From NCBI GenBank assembly GCA_052390235.1, contig JBQTHB010000005.1, positions 64,001 through 128,000 on the forward strand: DNA of 64,000 nucleotides, given 5' to 3'. Below, piece after piece: positions 20,557-30,200 of the stretch. Under the pieces are notes generated by a model. That model saw only the letters and a program-made list of their open reading frames with translations. It was not told the origin of the DNA and did no database searches. How positions within the stretch are numbered: position 1 is the stretch's first letter; each line of letters begins with the position of its first letter. Position numbers and translations under genes: made by a program. The DNA is from Deltaproteobacteria bacterium. Lineage in GTDB: Bacteria; Desulfobacterota_D; UBA1144; Nemesobacterales; CSP1-2.

Positions 20557-20618
20557 AGATAAACCAACACGGAAACGTAGTGTAGGAGCTTAAAGCTACG
20601 GGGTGTTGGTTTGTTTTT
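20557..20618 (+). terminator. long hairpin with U-tract between phaE and phaC
   Basis: ATAAACCAACAC pairs with GTGTTGGTTTGT; inner CGTAG/CTACG stem; followed by a T run. Confidence 0.5.
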
Positions 20619-20711
20619 ATAAAGCCCGTCGGGCGCGTTGTGTTCCGCCGATTTTCGGTTATATTCTAGTCGCGCGGGGAGTTGTAATCTTAAAGCAGGA
20701 GGCATTTTAAT

Positions 20712-21785
20712 ATGACAGCGAACTATCTTGAATCCATAATGCAGGAAAGCGAGAAAGTAAAACAGAAATTCCTAAAAAGCATCGAGCTTGCGCTCGTAAA
20801 TCCGCCTGAGGTCAAAGTGGGAATCACGCCGCACGAGGTCGTATTCTCAGAGAATAAACTCCGCCTTCTGCACTATCACCCGCACCCGCTCACGGAGAAA
20901 ACCTCGAATGTCCCTCTCATATTGGTATTCGCCCTAGTAAACCGCCCCTATATCATGGATTTAAAACCGGGCAGAAGTGTGGTCGAGGCTCTGCTCAAAA
21001 AAGGGATAGACGTATATCTGATTGACTGGGGAGTGCCTGGGGATGAGGACAAAAATCTCGGACTCAATCACTACATAAACCGCTACATGAAAAAGGTAGT
21101 CAACAGGGTCAAGGGCATCTCCGGCTCAGAGCAGGTGAGCCTTATGGGCTATTGCATGGGCGGGACGATGTCGGCAATGTACACGGCGATTCACCCGGAG
21201 GATGTTAAGAATCTGGTTCTCCTCACCGCCGGGATAGATTTTAAGGTTGACGGAATGCTGAACCTCTGGGGAGATAAGCCCAATTTCGACGTGGACAAAT
21301 TCGTAGAGGCTTTCGGAAACGTTCCGCCGGAGTTCCTGCAGACCGGGTTTCTCATCATGAAGCCGGTGCAGAATCTGGTGTCGAAATACGTCGGTTTCTA
21401 TGAGAACATAGAAAACGAGCAGTTTTTGGATAATTACTTCGCCATGGAGAAGTGGCTCAACGACAACATTCCAGTCGCAGGAGAGGTGTTCAGGGAATTC
21501 GTCAAATACTGCTATCAGGAGAATCAGCTCGTGGAGAGCAAGCTCAAAATCAACGGTAAAATCGTTGATTTGAAGCGGATAAAATGCTCCGTGCTAAACC
21601 TCATAGCCGAGCATGACCACCTAGTGCCGCCTCAGTCGAGCCTTGCACTGAAGAACCTCATCTCAAGCGAAGACCAAGAGAGCATAGTCTATCCCACAGG
21701 GCATATCGGTATGTCCGTAAGCAGTAAGACTCTAAAAGACCTCTGGCCCAGAGTCGCCGGCTGGCTCATCGAGAGATCTAGATAA
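20712..21785 (+). CDS. phaC: class III poly(R)-hydroxyalkanoate synthase subunit PhaC
   Basis: 357 aa; ALVNRPYIMDL, lipase box GYCMGG, catalytic Asp (EHDHLVP) and His (TGHIG). Confidence 0.95.
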   Translation: MTANYLESIMQESEKVKQKFLKSIELALVNPPEVKVGITPHEVVFSENKLRLLHYHPHPLTEKTSNVPLILVFALVNRPYIMDLKPGRSVVEALLKKGIDVYLIDWGVPGDEDKNLGLNHYINRYMKKVVNRVKGISGSEQVSLMGYCMGGTMSAMYTAIHPEDVKNLVLLTAGIDFKVDGMLNLWGDKPNFDVDKFVEAFGNVPPEFLQTGFLIMKPVQNLVSKYVGFYENIENEQFLDNYFAMEKWLNDNIPVAGEVFREFVKYCYQENQLVESKLKINGKIVDLKRIKCSVLNLIAEHDHLVPPQSSLALKNLISSEDQESIVYPTGHIGMSVSSKTLKDLWPRVAGWLIERSR

Positions 21786-21811
21786 AAATTGGCAAAAACA
21801 ATACTGACCCG

Positions 21812-21849
21812 AGCGGAGCAGACCTGAAGCGGTTTGTTCCGCTTTTTTT
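21812..21849 (+). terminator. intrinsic terminator after phaC
   Basis: AGCGGAGCAGACC/GGTTTGTTCCGCT stem followed by a T run. Confidence 0.8.
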
Positions 21850-22102
21850 ATTCAACCCGCACGCCACTTGCAACGAGCAGGCGCTCATCTGTCAATATAT
21901 AGCAATCTCAGGGGATTTTGGGCCGCGATGAGAGATAAATCCCATCAGCGCGCAACTGTCTCGAATAGAGTAGAAGTACCGCAGCTAAGGGAGTGCAGCA
22001 GCACAGTCCCTTAGCTGACCGAGGGGCTTCGGCGCACCTCTTCAGGCGCGCAAGCCGCCGCTCGATAAGCTCAGGGGGAATTGGGAAAGCGAAATTTCGG
22101 AT

Positions 22103-22864
22103 TTAAATATAATGTCCGCCGTTAATTCTAACGGTTGTTCCCGTAATCCAGCTTCCGGCGTTAGAGCAGAGATAGAGAACGCAGAGGGCAATTTCTTCAG
22201 GAGTGCCGAATCTGCCAAGGGGGATTTGCGTGAGAATCTGCTTTCTGATGTCCTCAGGCACGGTGCCGAGCATATCGGTCTCGATGAATCCTGGGGCTAT
22301 GGCGTTGACGCGGATTTTATTGCCGGCGAGCTCTCTTGCAAGGCTCTTGGTGAATCCCATGATACCGGCTTTGGTAGAGGCGTAGTTGGTCTGCCCGATG
22401 TTGCCCATCTCGCCGATGATGGATGAAATGGAGACGATAGAGCCGCCGTTGGGGTTTGCCGCCATAAGCTCGACTACTCCCTTGGTGCAGTTAAAGAGGC
22501 TGGAGAGGTTCGTCTGTATGACCTCGTTCCACTGCTCGATAGCCATTCTGCGGAACGTCCTGTCGCGGTTGACGCCGGCGTTGTTGACGAGGATGTCGAG
22601 CCTGCCGAAGTGGTTAGCAACGGCTTTGCCGAGGTTTTGAGCCTGCTCGTATTTGCTCACATCGGCGCGGATGGTTATACATTTTCTGCCCATTTTTTCG
22701 ATTTCTTTTTTGGCCTCGTCCGCCTGTTTGTCGCTACGGACGTAGTTGAGAGCGATGTCTGCTCCGCCCTCGGCAAGGGCGAGGGCAATTGATTTGCCGA
22801 TGCCTCTGGATGCCCCTGTAACGAGGGCGACTTTTCCACTTACATCATATAAATCCTTAATCAT
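22103..22864 (-). CDS. phaB: acetoacetyl-CoA reductase / 3-oxoacyl reductase (SDR)
   Basis: TGASRGIG, NNAGVNRD, GNIGQTNYASTK and INGG; inside the PHA cluster. Confidence 0.8.
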   Translation of the reverse strand: MIKDLYDVSGKVALVTGASRGIGKSIALALAEGGADIALNYVRSDKQADEAKKEIEKMGRKCITIRADVSKYEQAQNLGKAVANHFGRLDILVNNAGVNRDRTFRRMAIEQWNEVIQTNLSSLFNCTKGVVELMAANPNGGSIVSISSIIGEMGNIGQTNYASTKAGIMGFTKSLARELAGNKIRVNAIAPGFIETDMLGTVPEDIRKQILTQIPLGRFGTPEEIALCVLYLCSNAGSWITGTTVRINGGHYI

Positions 22865-23005
22865 TTTAACACCTCCTGAAGTTTCTAAGTTTTAGATGAG
22901 TGATTTTAGGGTATGAGTTTTAACTTATCTTTGAAATTTGTCAAATGGATTTTGGAGCCGAAAGGCAGTGATTTTGAGAGGTTTTTCAAGGTCGCCGGGG
23001 GGAAT

Positions 23006-23632
23006 TCAAAGAGTTGCCGTCTTAGATTTGGCAGAGTGGCGGGGCTTGGCAGGCGGGTCGGATTCATCCATGGGCCCGTGCGCCGGGCTAATCTGGCTCT
23101 CAAGCTCGGCAACCCTCGCGCGCAGGAATTCGAGTTCCATAAGCATCGTCAGGGTAGAAGCCTGTAGCGGCGGTTCTCTTTTATCCTGCCCCTGCGATGG
23201 CTGATTGCGACGAAATTCAAACGGGTCAATAAATTTCGGACTCATCTGAGATTTCATTATCGAAGATATGCCCTTGTCGAAACTGAGGAGGTTTTTTCTC
23301 ATCTTCTCGCTGAAAACGAGGTAGGGCTGAAACACGATTACGAGGTAATTCTCAACAAATTCGACTGCCATTCGATAACCCTGCTTTATAAGCACGTGGA
23401 GGAAAACCTTGGACAGCGGGTACTCCATGGTTTTATTCTCTTCGCTCTCTAGGATTATCTGTATGAGGATGGGCTTTGTGATGTCCTCATCGGTTTCGGC
23501 GTCAAGTATTTTCACCTCTCCGCCGTCGGTTATGAAGGCAGCGATTTCCTCAAGCGTTACGAATTTCTTTCTGTCAACGCAGTAAAGCCGCCGATTGGAG
23601 TATTTTTTTATGAGAATCTGCTCGGTAGCCAA
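23006..23632 (-). CDS. phaR: PHA synthesis regulator with PhaR-type DNA-binding domain
   Basis: IKKYSNRRLYC...FVTLEEI...DAETDEDIT..ILIQIILE; TTG start. Confidence 0.88.
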   Translation of the reverse strand: MATEQILIKKYSNRRLYCVDRKKFVTLEEIAAFITDGGEVKILDAETDEDITKPILIQIILESEENKTMEYPLSKVFLHVLIKQGYRMAVEFVENYLVIVFQPYLVFSEKMRKNLLSFDKGISSIMKSQMSPKFIDPFEFRRNQPSQGQDKREPPLQASTLTMLMELEFLRARVAELESQISPAHGPMDESDPPAKPRHSAKSKTATL

Positions 23633-23781
23633 TTTATCCCCCTAAATTGCCCCCCACCCGATTTGCGGAGTGAAATTACCATAACTGCCAGCATTGTCAA
23701 AAATCACGGCTTGACTTTAATCTGCAAATTTGATAGAGGAAGTATCAACATCACAATCACAACAGAGACAGGAGGCGCCTC

Positions 23782-23985
23782 ATGGCTGTAGCAAGAATAA
23801 CCGAAGTAATAGGCTCGTCGGAGAAATCCTGGGACGACGCAGTTAATAACGCAATGGAGAGGGCTAATAAAACCCTCCGCGGTCTAACAGGAATAGAGGT
23901 TACCAAAATGAATGCCCGAGTTGACAACGGCAAGATTACCGAGTACCGGGCTCATATCAGAATTACTTTTATCCTGGAAGGATAG
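23782..23985 (+). CDS. dodecin family protein
   Basis: ITEVIGSSEKSWDDAV...RANKTLRGL...ITEYR...ITF. Confidence 0.9.
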   Translation: MAVARITEVIGSSEKSWDDAVNNAMERANKTLRGLTGIEVTKMNARVDNGKITEYRAHIRITFILEG

Positions 23986-24004
23986 TTCTCCTTCTTAAAT
24001 CATC

Positions 24005-24042
24005 GCGGGGACGGCGTGGGCGCGAGCCTGCCGTCTTCGCGG
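24005..24042. terminator. GC-rich hairpin between the convergent dodecin and crotonase genes
   Basis: CGCGGGGACGGC pairs with GCCGTCTTCGCG. Confidence 0.55.
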
Positions 24043-24043
24043 T

Positions 24044-24829
24044 TTATCTGTCCTGGAAAGCCGGCTCTCTTTTCTGCAGAAACGCGGTCATCCCCTCGAC
24101 CCTGTCCTCGGAGTCAAAGCAGAGCGCGACCAGAGTTTTCTCCAAGAGCAGGGCTTTTTGCAAGTCCATCTCTGAGCCTGCGTTGATTGCGGTTTTTGCC
24201 ATTCTCACGGCTCTCGGGCCGCGCTTGGCGATTTTGTGGGCAAGCTCTCTAGCCTCGTCCATAACCTTGTCGTGAGGCACTACCTTCTCGACTAAGCCCA
24301 TTCTGAAAGCCTCGTGAGCGTCTATCATCTCGCCCGTGAAAACCAACTCCTTCGTCCTGCCAAGTCCGAGGATTCTCGTAACCCTCTGCGTGCCGCCCCA
24401 GCCGGGGAATATTCCGAGTTTCACCTCAGGGAATCCAAGGCGCGCCTTTTCAGATGCGATTCTAATGTCGCATGAGAGGGCAAGCTCGCAGCCGCCGCCG
24501 AGGGCATAGCCGTTTATTGCCGCTATCGAGGGACACTGGTCGCTTTCAATGAGTTGATACACTTTGTGGGCGAAATCCACGTAGTCCTGAAACTCGCGGT
24601 CTTTCATCTCGTTCATCTGAGCTATATCCGCCCCGGCGACAAAAGCCTTGTCTCCGGCGCCGGTAACGATGAGAGCCTTGAGATTTTCTTTGGGAAGCGT
24701 GTCTTCGAGGAACACTCTAAGTTCGCGAAGGGTCTGCCAATTAAGGGCGTTAAGCACTTTCGGGCGATTTATCGTAAGAACGCCTAAATCACCTGTCTCT
24801 CGTTGATACCCGATAAACTCAAATTCCAT
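24044..24829 (-). CDS. enoyl-CoA hydratase (crotonase)
   Basis: AFVAGADI, GYALGGGCELAL, PEVKLGIFPGWGGTQR. Confidence 0.92.
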   Translation of the reverse strand: MEFEFIGYQRETGDLGVLTINRPKVLNALNWQTLRELRVFLEDTLPKENLKALIVTGAGDKAFVAGADIAQMNEMKDREFQDYVDFAHKVYQLIESDQCPSIAAINGYALGGGCELALSCDIRIASEKARLGFPEVKLGIFPGWGGTQRVTRILGLGRTKELVFTGEMIDAHEAFRMGLVEKVVPHDKVMDEARELAHKIAKRGPRAVRMAKTAINAGSEMDLQKALLLEKTLVALCFDSEDRVEGMTAFLQKREPAFQDR

Positions 24830-24866
24830 AAGACCGCCTCCCTAAACCGTAGTTTTCATCAGTGTA

Positions 24867-24916
24867 AATTTATCCCGAAGCGCAAAACATTGTCAACAGT
24901 TTACAACGCAAGTGCG
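24867..24916 (-). promoter_or_regulatory. crotonase promoter with the same operator-like palindrome as the phasin promoter
   Basis: Minus-strand TTGACA at 24896-91 with an AT-rich -10 near 24867-73; CGCA-AG-TGCG at 24907-16; CGCAAA half site in the spacer. Confidence 0.55.
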
Positions 24917-25137
24917 AAAAATAGGACAGGGAATCTGCAAATGGCAAATTCGGCAGCGGGGAGAGCGAGAATTTATACGCCCCCTAGATTATTGCATATT
25001 TTATTTCTGAGGATATACCATTGAGCCTAGTTATATATTCAACTGCGAAGAGAAAACCACAATTCAGCGAAATTATACTACATCTAGGGAGCGGGATTCG
25101 CAGCCCCGCCCCCCCTCTTTCTGCAATCGGACACTAC

Positions 25138-26913
25138 TTAAATCGTAATAGTCGTGCCGTCAAATTTCGTAAAGGTAAATCCGCCGAACGGCTCCCTGTA
25201 GGTCGCCCTCTGGTCTCTGAGAATACTTATCGCAACCGCCTCGCCCAACAGGTTCGCCTCAGTGGCGTCGGTGCGCCAATGCACCCCTGCAATATTACGC
25301 CCCTGAGAGACATTAGAAGCTATCTTATTTAACTCGCCGCGCACCGTAAGAGGATCACCAACGTAAGGCACAAGCCCCGTGCCATCGGCAGTCGGCACAA
25401 CCGGGTTCGGAACAAAAGCCGCCTCATCAAACCAAGCCTTGAGAATCGTTACGCATGCTCCGGCAACAGTCGCATGGCCAGAGCCGTATGCGGTGTGCAT
25501 AGGAGAGCCTTCGGGAAACGCCATGGGGAGAAGAAGAGTTCCGTATTCGCTGAAAATGCTGTTCAACACGGGCGAGTTCAATAATTCGGAATTTATCGGG
25601 TAATTCGCCCCGCCCGTTGTATGGACTTCCACTCTGCCGCCAAATTCTTCGGGTCTAAGCCTGCGATGCACTAGCCACTTCTGATACCACACGGCTTTGA
25701 GCGCGCGCGATGAGACCTCAGTGAGCAGAGCCAAAATATGCGGCCCTCCGAACGTGGCGAAACCCACCTGGGATCTGGAGCCGGGAACTCCGGCGGGCAG
25801 AGGCCTGCCTGAGCCGGGGTCGGGGGTTTTGCCGTAAGGGTTGCCGGCATTAAAGGGCACGCCGTTGGCAAGGAGAACCAGGCAAGCCACGAAATACGCT
25901 TGATAGAGCGCGTCCACGTGGACGTATTGAGACAGGTCGCGCCCGTTGCGGCAGAAAACCGGACTGGGCAAAATGGTCTGTGCGAGGCTCGGCTGGCAGC
26001 CGTTTTGCACATCTAGCCAAGAGGCGAAGTCCGTCATGAAATCCACGGGGGTCGTAGTGAATATGCGCTGATCCACGGTTTGCGCGCCGAACGGGGCTGG
26101 CTTTAAGAGGAACTGAGAGATGTAGGGACCCGTTGTGCATCCTGGATATTTATCGCGAAAAAGGGTTTGAGTGTTTACCACCCCACCCTGTTTCGGCCCT
26201 CGGAAGTCTGAAAACCCGGATAAATCTGCCGCCGCCGCCGCCGCTATCGGGTTTATGTCGTAATCGAGGAAATTCACGTCTCTGAGGAGAGACATCCAGT
26301 AGAGTTCCGCCATTTCCCCAGCCTCTTCGGCGCTTGCAAATGCCGGAGCGGGGCGTACGGCGAGTTGATGCGAATCAGTCCCTTCGAGGTCGAATGCGTA
26401 GCCGGCTTGAGGGCTTACGAATCTGCGCTGGAGAGCCGGATTCGGGCATCCGAGGTGTCCGTTTGTTGCAAGGGATTCAAAATCCGAGAATTTTCCACTC
26501 GTAATTGCCGCAATTAGGGCGTTGTAGGACGAGGGGATAACCTCTCCTAGGGGATTGTGGCGAAGCCCCTTGGTGAAATTGCCGATTTTATTGGGATACA
26601 GAGCCTCGTCGCCGTTGCAGGGTTGAGGGGTCTTGCCGAGTTGTTTGTTGAAAATAGCGGCATCTTGGCGAATTTGAGCCGAGCGGTTTCGGCGTAGGCT
26701 CGCGGTTTCGGGACCAATAGCGGCGGCTTGCGCAACGGAGCCGTTTTGAGCCGTTAGGGAGGGCAGTCCTATGGAGGTAATGGCAATTGTCGCCGCGCTG
26801 ATGCCTCCCAGACTGCCTAAAAACTCTCGTCTGCTCGAAGATAAAACCCCGTCCTTATTTTCGATTTCCTGCTTTTCATTGATACTGCTTTCTTCCGTTT
26901 TTGCGTCTTTCAT
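25138..26913 (-). CDS. Tat-exported vanadium-dependent haloperoxidase (bromoperoxidase type)
   Basis: SRREFL twin-arginine signal; WYQKWLVHRRLRPE, HTAYGSGHAT and RNIAGVHWRTD vanadate-binding motifs; ATG at 26913 with GGAGG RBS. Confidence 0.9.
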   Translation of the reverse strand: MKDAKTEESSINEKQEIENKDGVLSSSRREFLGSLGGISAATIAITSIGLPSLTAQNGSVAQAAAIGPETASLRRNRSAQIRQDAAIFNKQLGKTPQPCNGDEALYPNKIGNFTKGLRHNPLGEVIPSSYNALIAAITSGKFSDFESLATNGHLGCPNPALQRRFVSPQAGYAFDLEGTDSHQLAVRPAPAFASAEEAGEMAELYWMSLLRDVNFLDYDINPIAAAAAADLSGFSDFRGPKQGGVVNTQTLFRDKYPGCTTGPYISQFLLKPAPFGAQTVDQRIFTTTPVDFMTDFASWLDVQNGCQPSLAQTILPSPVFCRNGRDLSQYVHVDALYQAYFVACLVLLANGVPFNAGNPYGKTPDPGSGRPLPAGVPGSRSQVGFATFGGPHILALLTEVSSRALKAVWYQKWLVHRRLRPEEFGGRVEVHTTGGANYPINSELLNSPVLNSIFSEYGTLLLPMAFPEGSPMHTAYGSGHATVAGACVTILKAWFDEAAFVPNPVVPTADGTGLVPYVGDPLTVRGELNKIASNVSQGRNIAGVHWRTDATEANLLGEAVAISILRDQRATYREPFGGFTFTKFDGTTITI

Positions 26914-26995
26914 TTTACTCTCCTCCGATGATTTGCATTTCAATGCCGCCCGCGCCTTCTATAGACCGACAGATTCGCAAACTGGCCTATCGGAG

Positions 26996-27055
26996 TCAGA
27001 AAATATTAGCCCTTGAATGGAAAAACCATTGAATAGAACAGACTGCTAAGAGCAT
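26996..27055 (-). CDS. putative 19-aa upstream peptide MLLAVCSIQWFFHSRANIF
   Basis: ATG preceded by a strong AAAGGAGGAG RBS in the haloperoxidase leader. Confidence 0.35.
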   Translation of the reverse strand: MLLAVCSIQWFFHSRANIF

Positions 27056-27134
27056 TATCTCGCTCCTCCTTTATGGGAGAATTCAATGCCTTAGATATAG
27101 AAATGAAAAGAAATGTTCCCGGAATAAAAAGAAT

Positions 27135-27175
27135 ACTAATCACTAATCACTAATCACTAATCACTAATCACTAAT
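27135..27175. repeat. heptamer tandem repeat (ACTAATC) x 5.9
   Basis: Five perfect units plus 6 of 7 bases of a sixth. Confidence 0.95.
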
Positions 27176-27183
27176 AAAAATTA

Positions 27184-27212
27184 ACGATAAGCCATGATTA
27201 GAGGGTTGTCAA
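27184..27212 (-). promoter_or_regulatory. sigma70-type promoter of the haloperoxidase unit
   Basis: Minus-strand TTGACA (27212-07), 17 nt spacer, TATCGT (27189-84). Confidence 0.55.
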
Positions 27213-27243
27213 GAGGGTGGGTACTGCGCGTATTACTGCCGCC

Positions 27244-30200
27244 CTAAGCCGACGGGTCCTGCCCCTTTGCGAGCGGGCGACTACCGAGAGCGTCATCTAA
27301 AATCATATACAGGCACGGCACGAGGATAAGGGAAATTAAAGTGGCGAATAAAATCCCGTAGCCAAGCGAAATCGCCATCGGAATCATGAATCGCGCCTGA
27401 CGGGAGGTCTCAAAAATCATCGGAGCAAGCCCGCCGAACGTGGTCAGGGTCGTGAGTATTATGGGACGGAAGCGCCGAACCCCCGCGGATTGGATTGCAA
27501 CTTCGGGGCTGTCCCCTTCTGCTCGGCGGTTATTGGCTTGGTCAATCAGCACAAGCGCGCCGTTAACTACCACTCCCGCAAGAGCGACAATTCCCATCAT
27601 ACTTATGACGCTTAGGTCGTAGCCCATGAGAATATGCCCAAGCACCGCCCCGACGATTCCAAACGGAATGCTTATCATAATTATTACGGGCTGGGTGTAG
27701 CTCTTAAACGGAACGGCTAGGACGAAATAAATCGCCACAAGCGTCAAGAGGAATCCCTTGAAAAGGCTGTCGAGGCTCTCCGCCATGTCGGCTTGTCTGC
27801 CCTCGTAGGCGTAGGTAAGTCCCGGAAAGTCGCGGGCAAGCTGAGGGAGAATAGTAGCGTCGAGGGCAGAGATGACTCTGCCGGTTTCTCCAATGGGGGT
27901 AACATCGGCGCTTACGGCTGTGGTGCGGCGCGAATCGCGCCTTTTGATGGAGGTATAGGAGCGTCCCCGGTCAAAATCGGCGACCTGAACGAGCGATGAG
28001 TCCCCGCCGCCGGGGGTGCGCACGAGTAGGTTTTCTATATTGTATTCGCTTACGCGCTCATCTTCGGGGAGGCGCACGATGACTTTCACCTCGTTTCGAG
28101 CGCGCTGCTGCCTCAGGGCTTCCGAGCCGTGGAAAGAGTGGCGTATCTGTCTGGCGACGGCTTCGGAGGTAAGTCCAAGGCTTCTGCCCTCGGCGTTGAG
28201 GGCGAAATCAAACTGCGCCTTGCCGGGAACATAGCCGTCGTCAACGTCTCTGGTATTGGGAAATTCGGCGAGTTTCTCGGCAAGGGCGACACCTGCTTTA
28301 TCCAGCACGGAAACGTCCCTGTGGCTAAGTTCAATGGTCAGCGCCGCCCCTGAGCCCGGGCCGCCTCTGTCGGATTCAAATTTGAGCGTCCTCGTCCCCG
28401 GAATCTGCCCTACCAGCTCCCGCCAAATCCGCGAGACCTCGGCGGTTGAAATTGGTCTTACAGTTGGGTCGGTGAGATATATGCTGACTTCAATGAGGTT
28501 TTCATCTATCGTGGCGAATATCCCCTCTACAAGGGCGCCGCCCCCGTGCTTTTCCTTTATTTCATCGGCGGCTTCAACCATCAGGTCTCTTATCTCAGCC
28601 GCCTTAGACAGCGGCGCGCCAAAGGGGATAGTGGCCGAGGCGACGGCTCTATCGGATTCAACGCGCGGCATAAGTATCATGCCGATTCTGCCGCTCGCCA
28701 CATATCCTGTTACGATTATCAGGAGCGCGAATCCCGCCGAAGCCGTAACGTAGCGCCGTTTTATACAGAGCCGCAGAAAGGGCGCGTAAACGTTGTCGGT
28801 AAAGCGGTTAAATTGGCGGCTGAACGCCCCCTGCCACCCGCTGATTGCCGAAAGAAGGCGAAATCTGGATTTTTTTGACTCCTGCGCAAGGTGCGAGGGC
28901 AGTATTAAAAGAGACTCAATCCACGAGATTAAAAACACCGTAACTACGACAAGCGGAATAACCTGCCAAGTTTTCCCAAACGTTCCCGGCACAAAGTAGA
29001 GGGGCAGAAAAGCGAGTATGTTCGTAATAATGCTGAAGGCGACAGGCACGGAGACGTCCCTTGCGCCCTTCATTGCGGCGGCGAAAGCGCTCATCCCGCT
29101 TTCTCGATACTGATAGATGTTCTCGCCGGCAACTATGGCGTCGTCAACCACAATCCCCAGAGCGACGATGAAGGCAAACATCGAAATCATATTAATTGAC
29201 ACATCCATGAGCGGCAAAAATAGAATCGCCCCCAGAAACGACGTGGGAATCCCCATTGTTACCCAAAAGGCGAGCCTGAATTCGAGAAACGCTCCGAGTA
29301 TCAGAAGCACGAGTAATAGCCCCATGAATGCGTTCTTGAGCAGGAGTTCGAGCCTCTGCTGATATATTTTCGAGGAGTCGTTGCTTATTACATAATCAAT
29401 CCCGCCGGGCAGGTCAGCTTTGATGCGCGCCATTGCCTCGCGGACGGCTTCGGAGATGCCGATAGGGGTCTCATCGCCCACCCGATAGACTTCTATTCCT
29501 ATGGCGGGCTTGCCGTTATATTCGGCGTAATTGTCGGAATCTTGGAATCCCTCGCCCACTTGGGCAATACTGCCGAGGGTAACGACCGAGCCTTCGGGAG
29601 TCGCAATTATGGGAATTTCAGCGAATTCACTCGCCCAATTGCGTCTCTCGTTGAAGCGCACGAGTATCTGTCCGCCGTCAGTTTTGAGTCCGCCGCCGGG
29701 AACTTCAACCGAAGTGGCGCTGATTTTTTGCGCTATATCGTCCAGGGTTAAGCCATAGGAGCGGAGACTCCCCTGCGATACCTCGACGTGAACCTCGTAG
29801 TTTCTCGCCCCCACAAGCTCGACCTGCGTAATTCTTGGGTCTTGAAGAAGGCGGTCTTGCACCTCTTCGGCGAGGTTTCTAAGCGCCCAGTCGGAAGCCT
29901 CGCCGTAGAGCTGGATTGTCAACACATTGCGGCGGCGCACCTGAAGGGCAACCCTAGGCTCTTCGGCGTCTTCGGGCAGTGTGGTGATGCGGTCAATTTC
30001 CTGCTTTATGTCCTGATAGATTTTCTGCTGATCCACTCCCGTAATGAGTTCTATATTTACCGAGCCTACCCCTTCGGAAGAGGTGGATGTTATCTCTTTT
30101 ACCCCCTCGACCCCGCGCACTGCCTCCTCGACGGCAAGCACAATTCCCTGCTCGACCTCCGCGGGGCTTGCTCCGGGGTAAGGCACGCTCACGGTTACCA

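Noticed and set aside
21982..22017. Hairpin CAGCTAAGGGA/TCCCTTAGCTG as an ncRNA
   Set aside because: It is adequately explained as a 3' stem-loop for the convergent phaB transcript.
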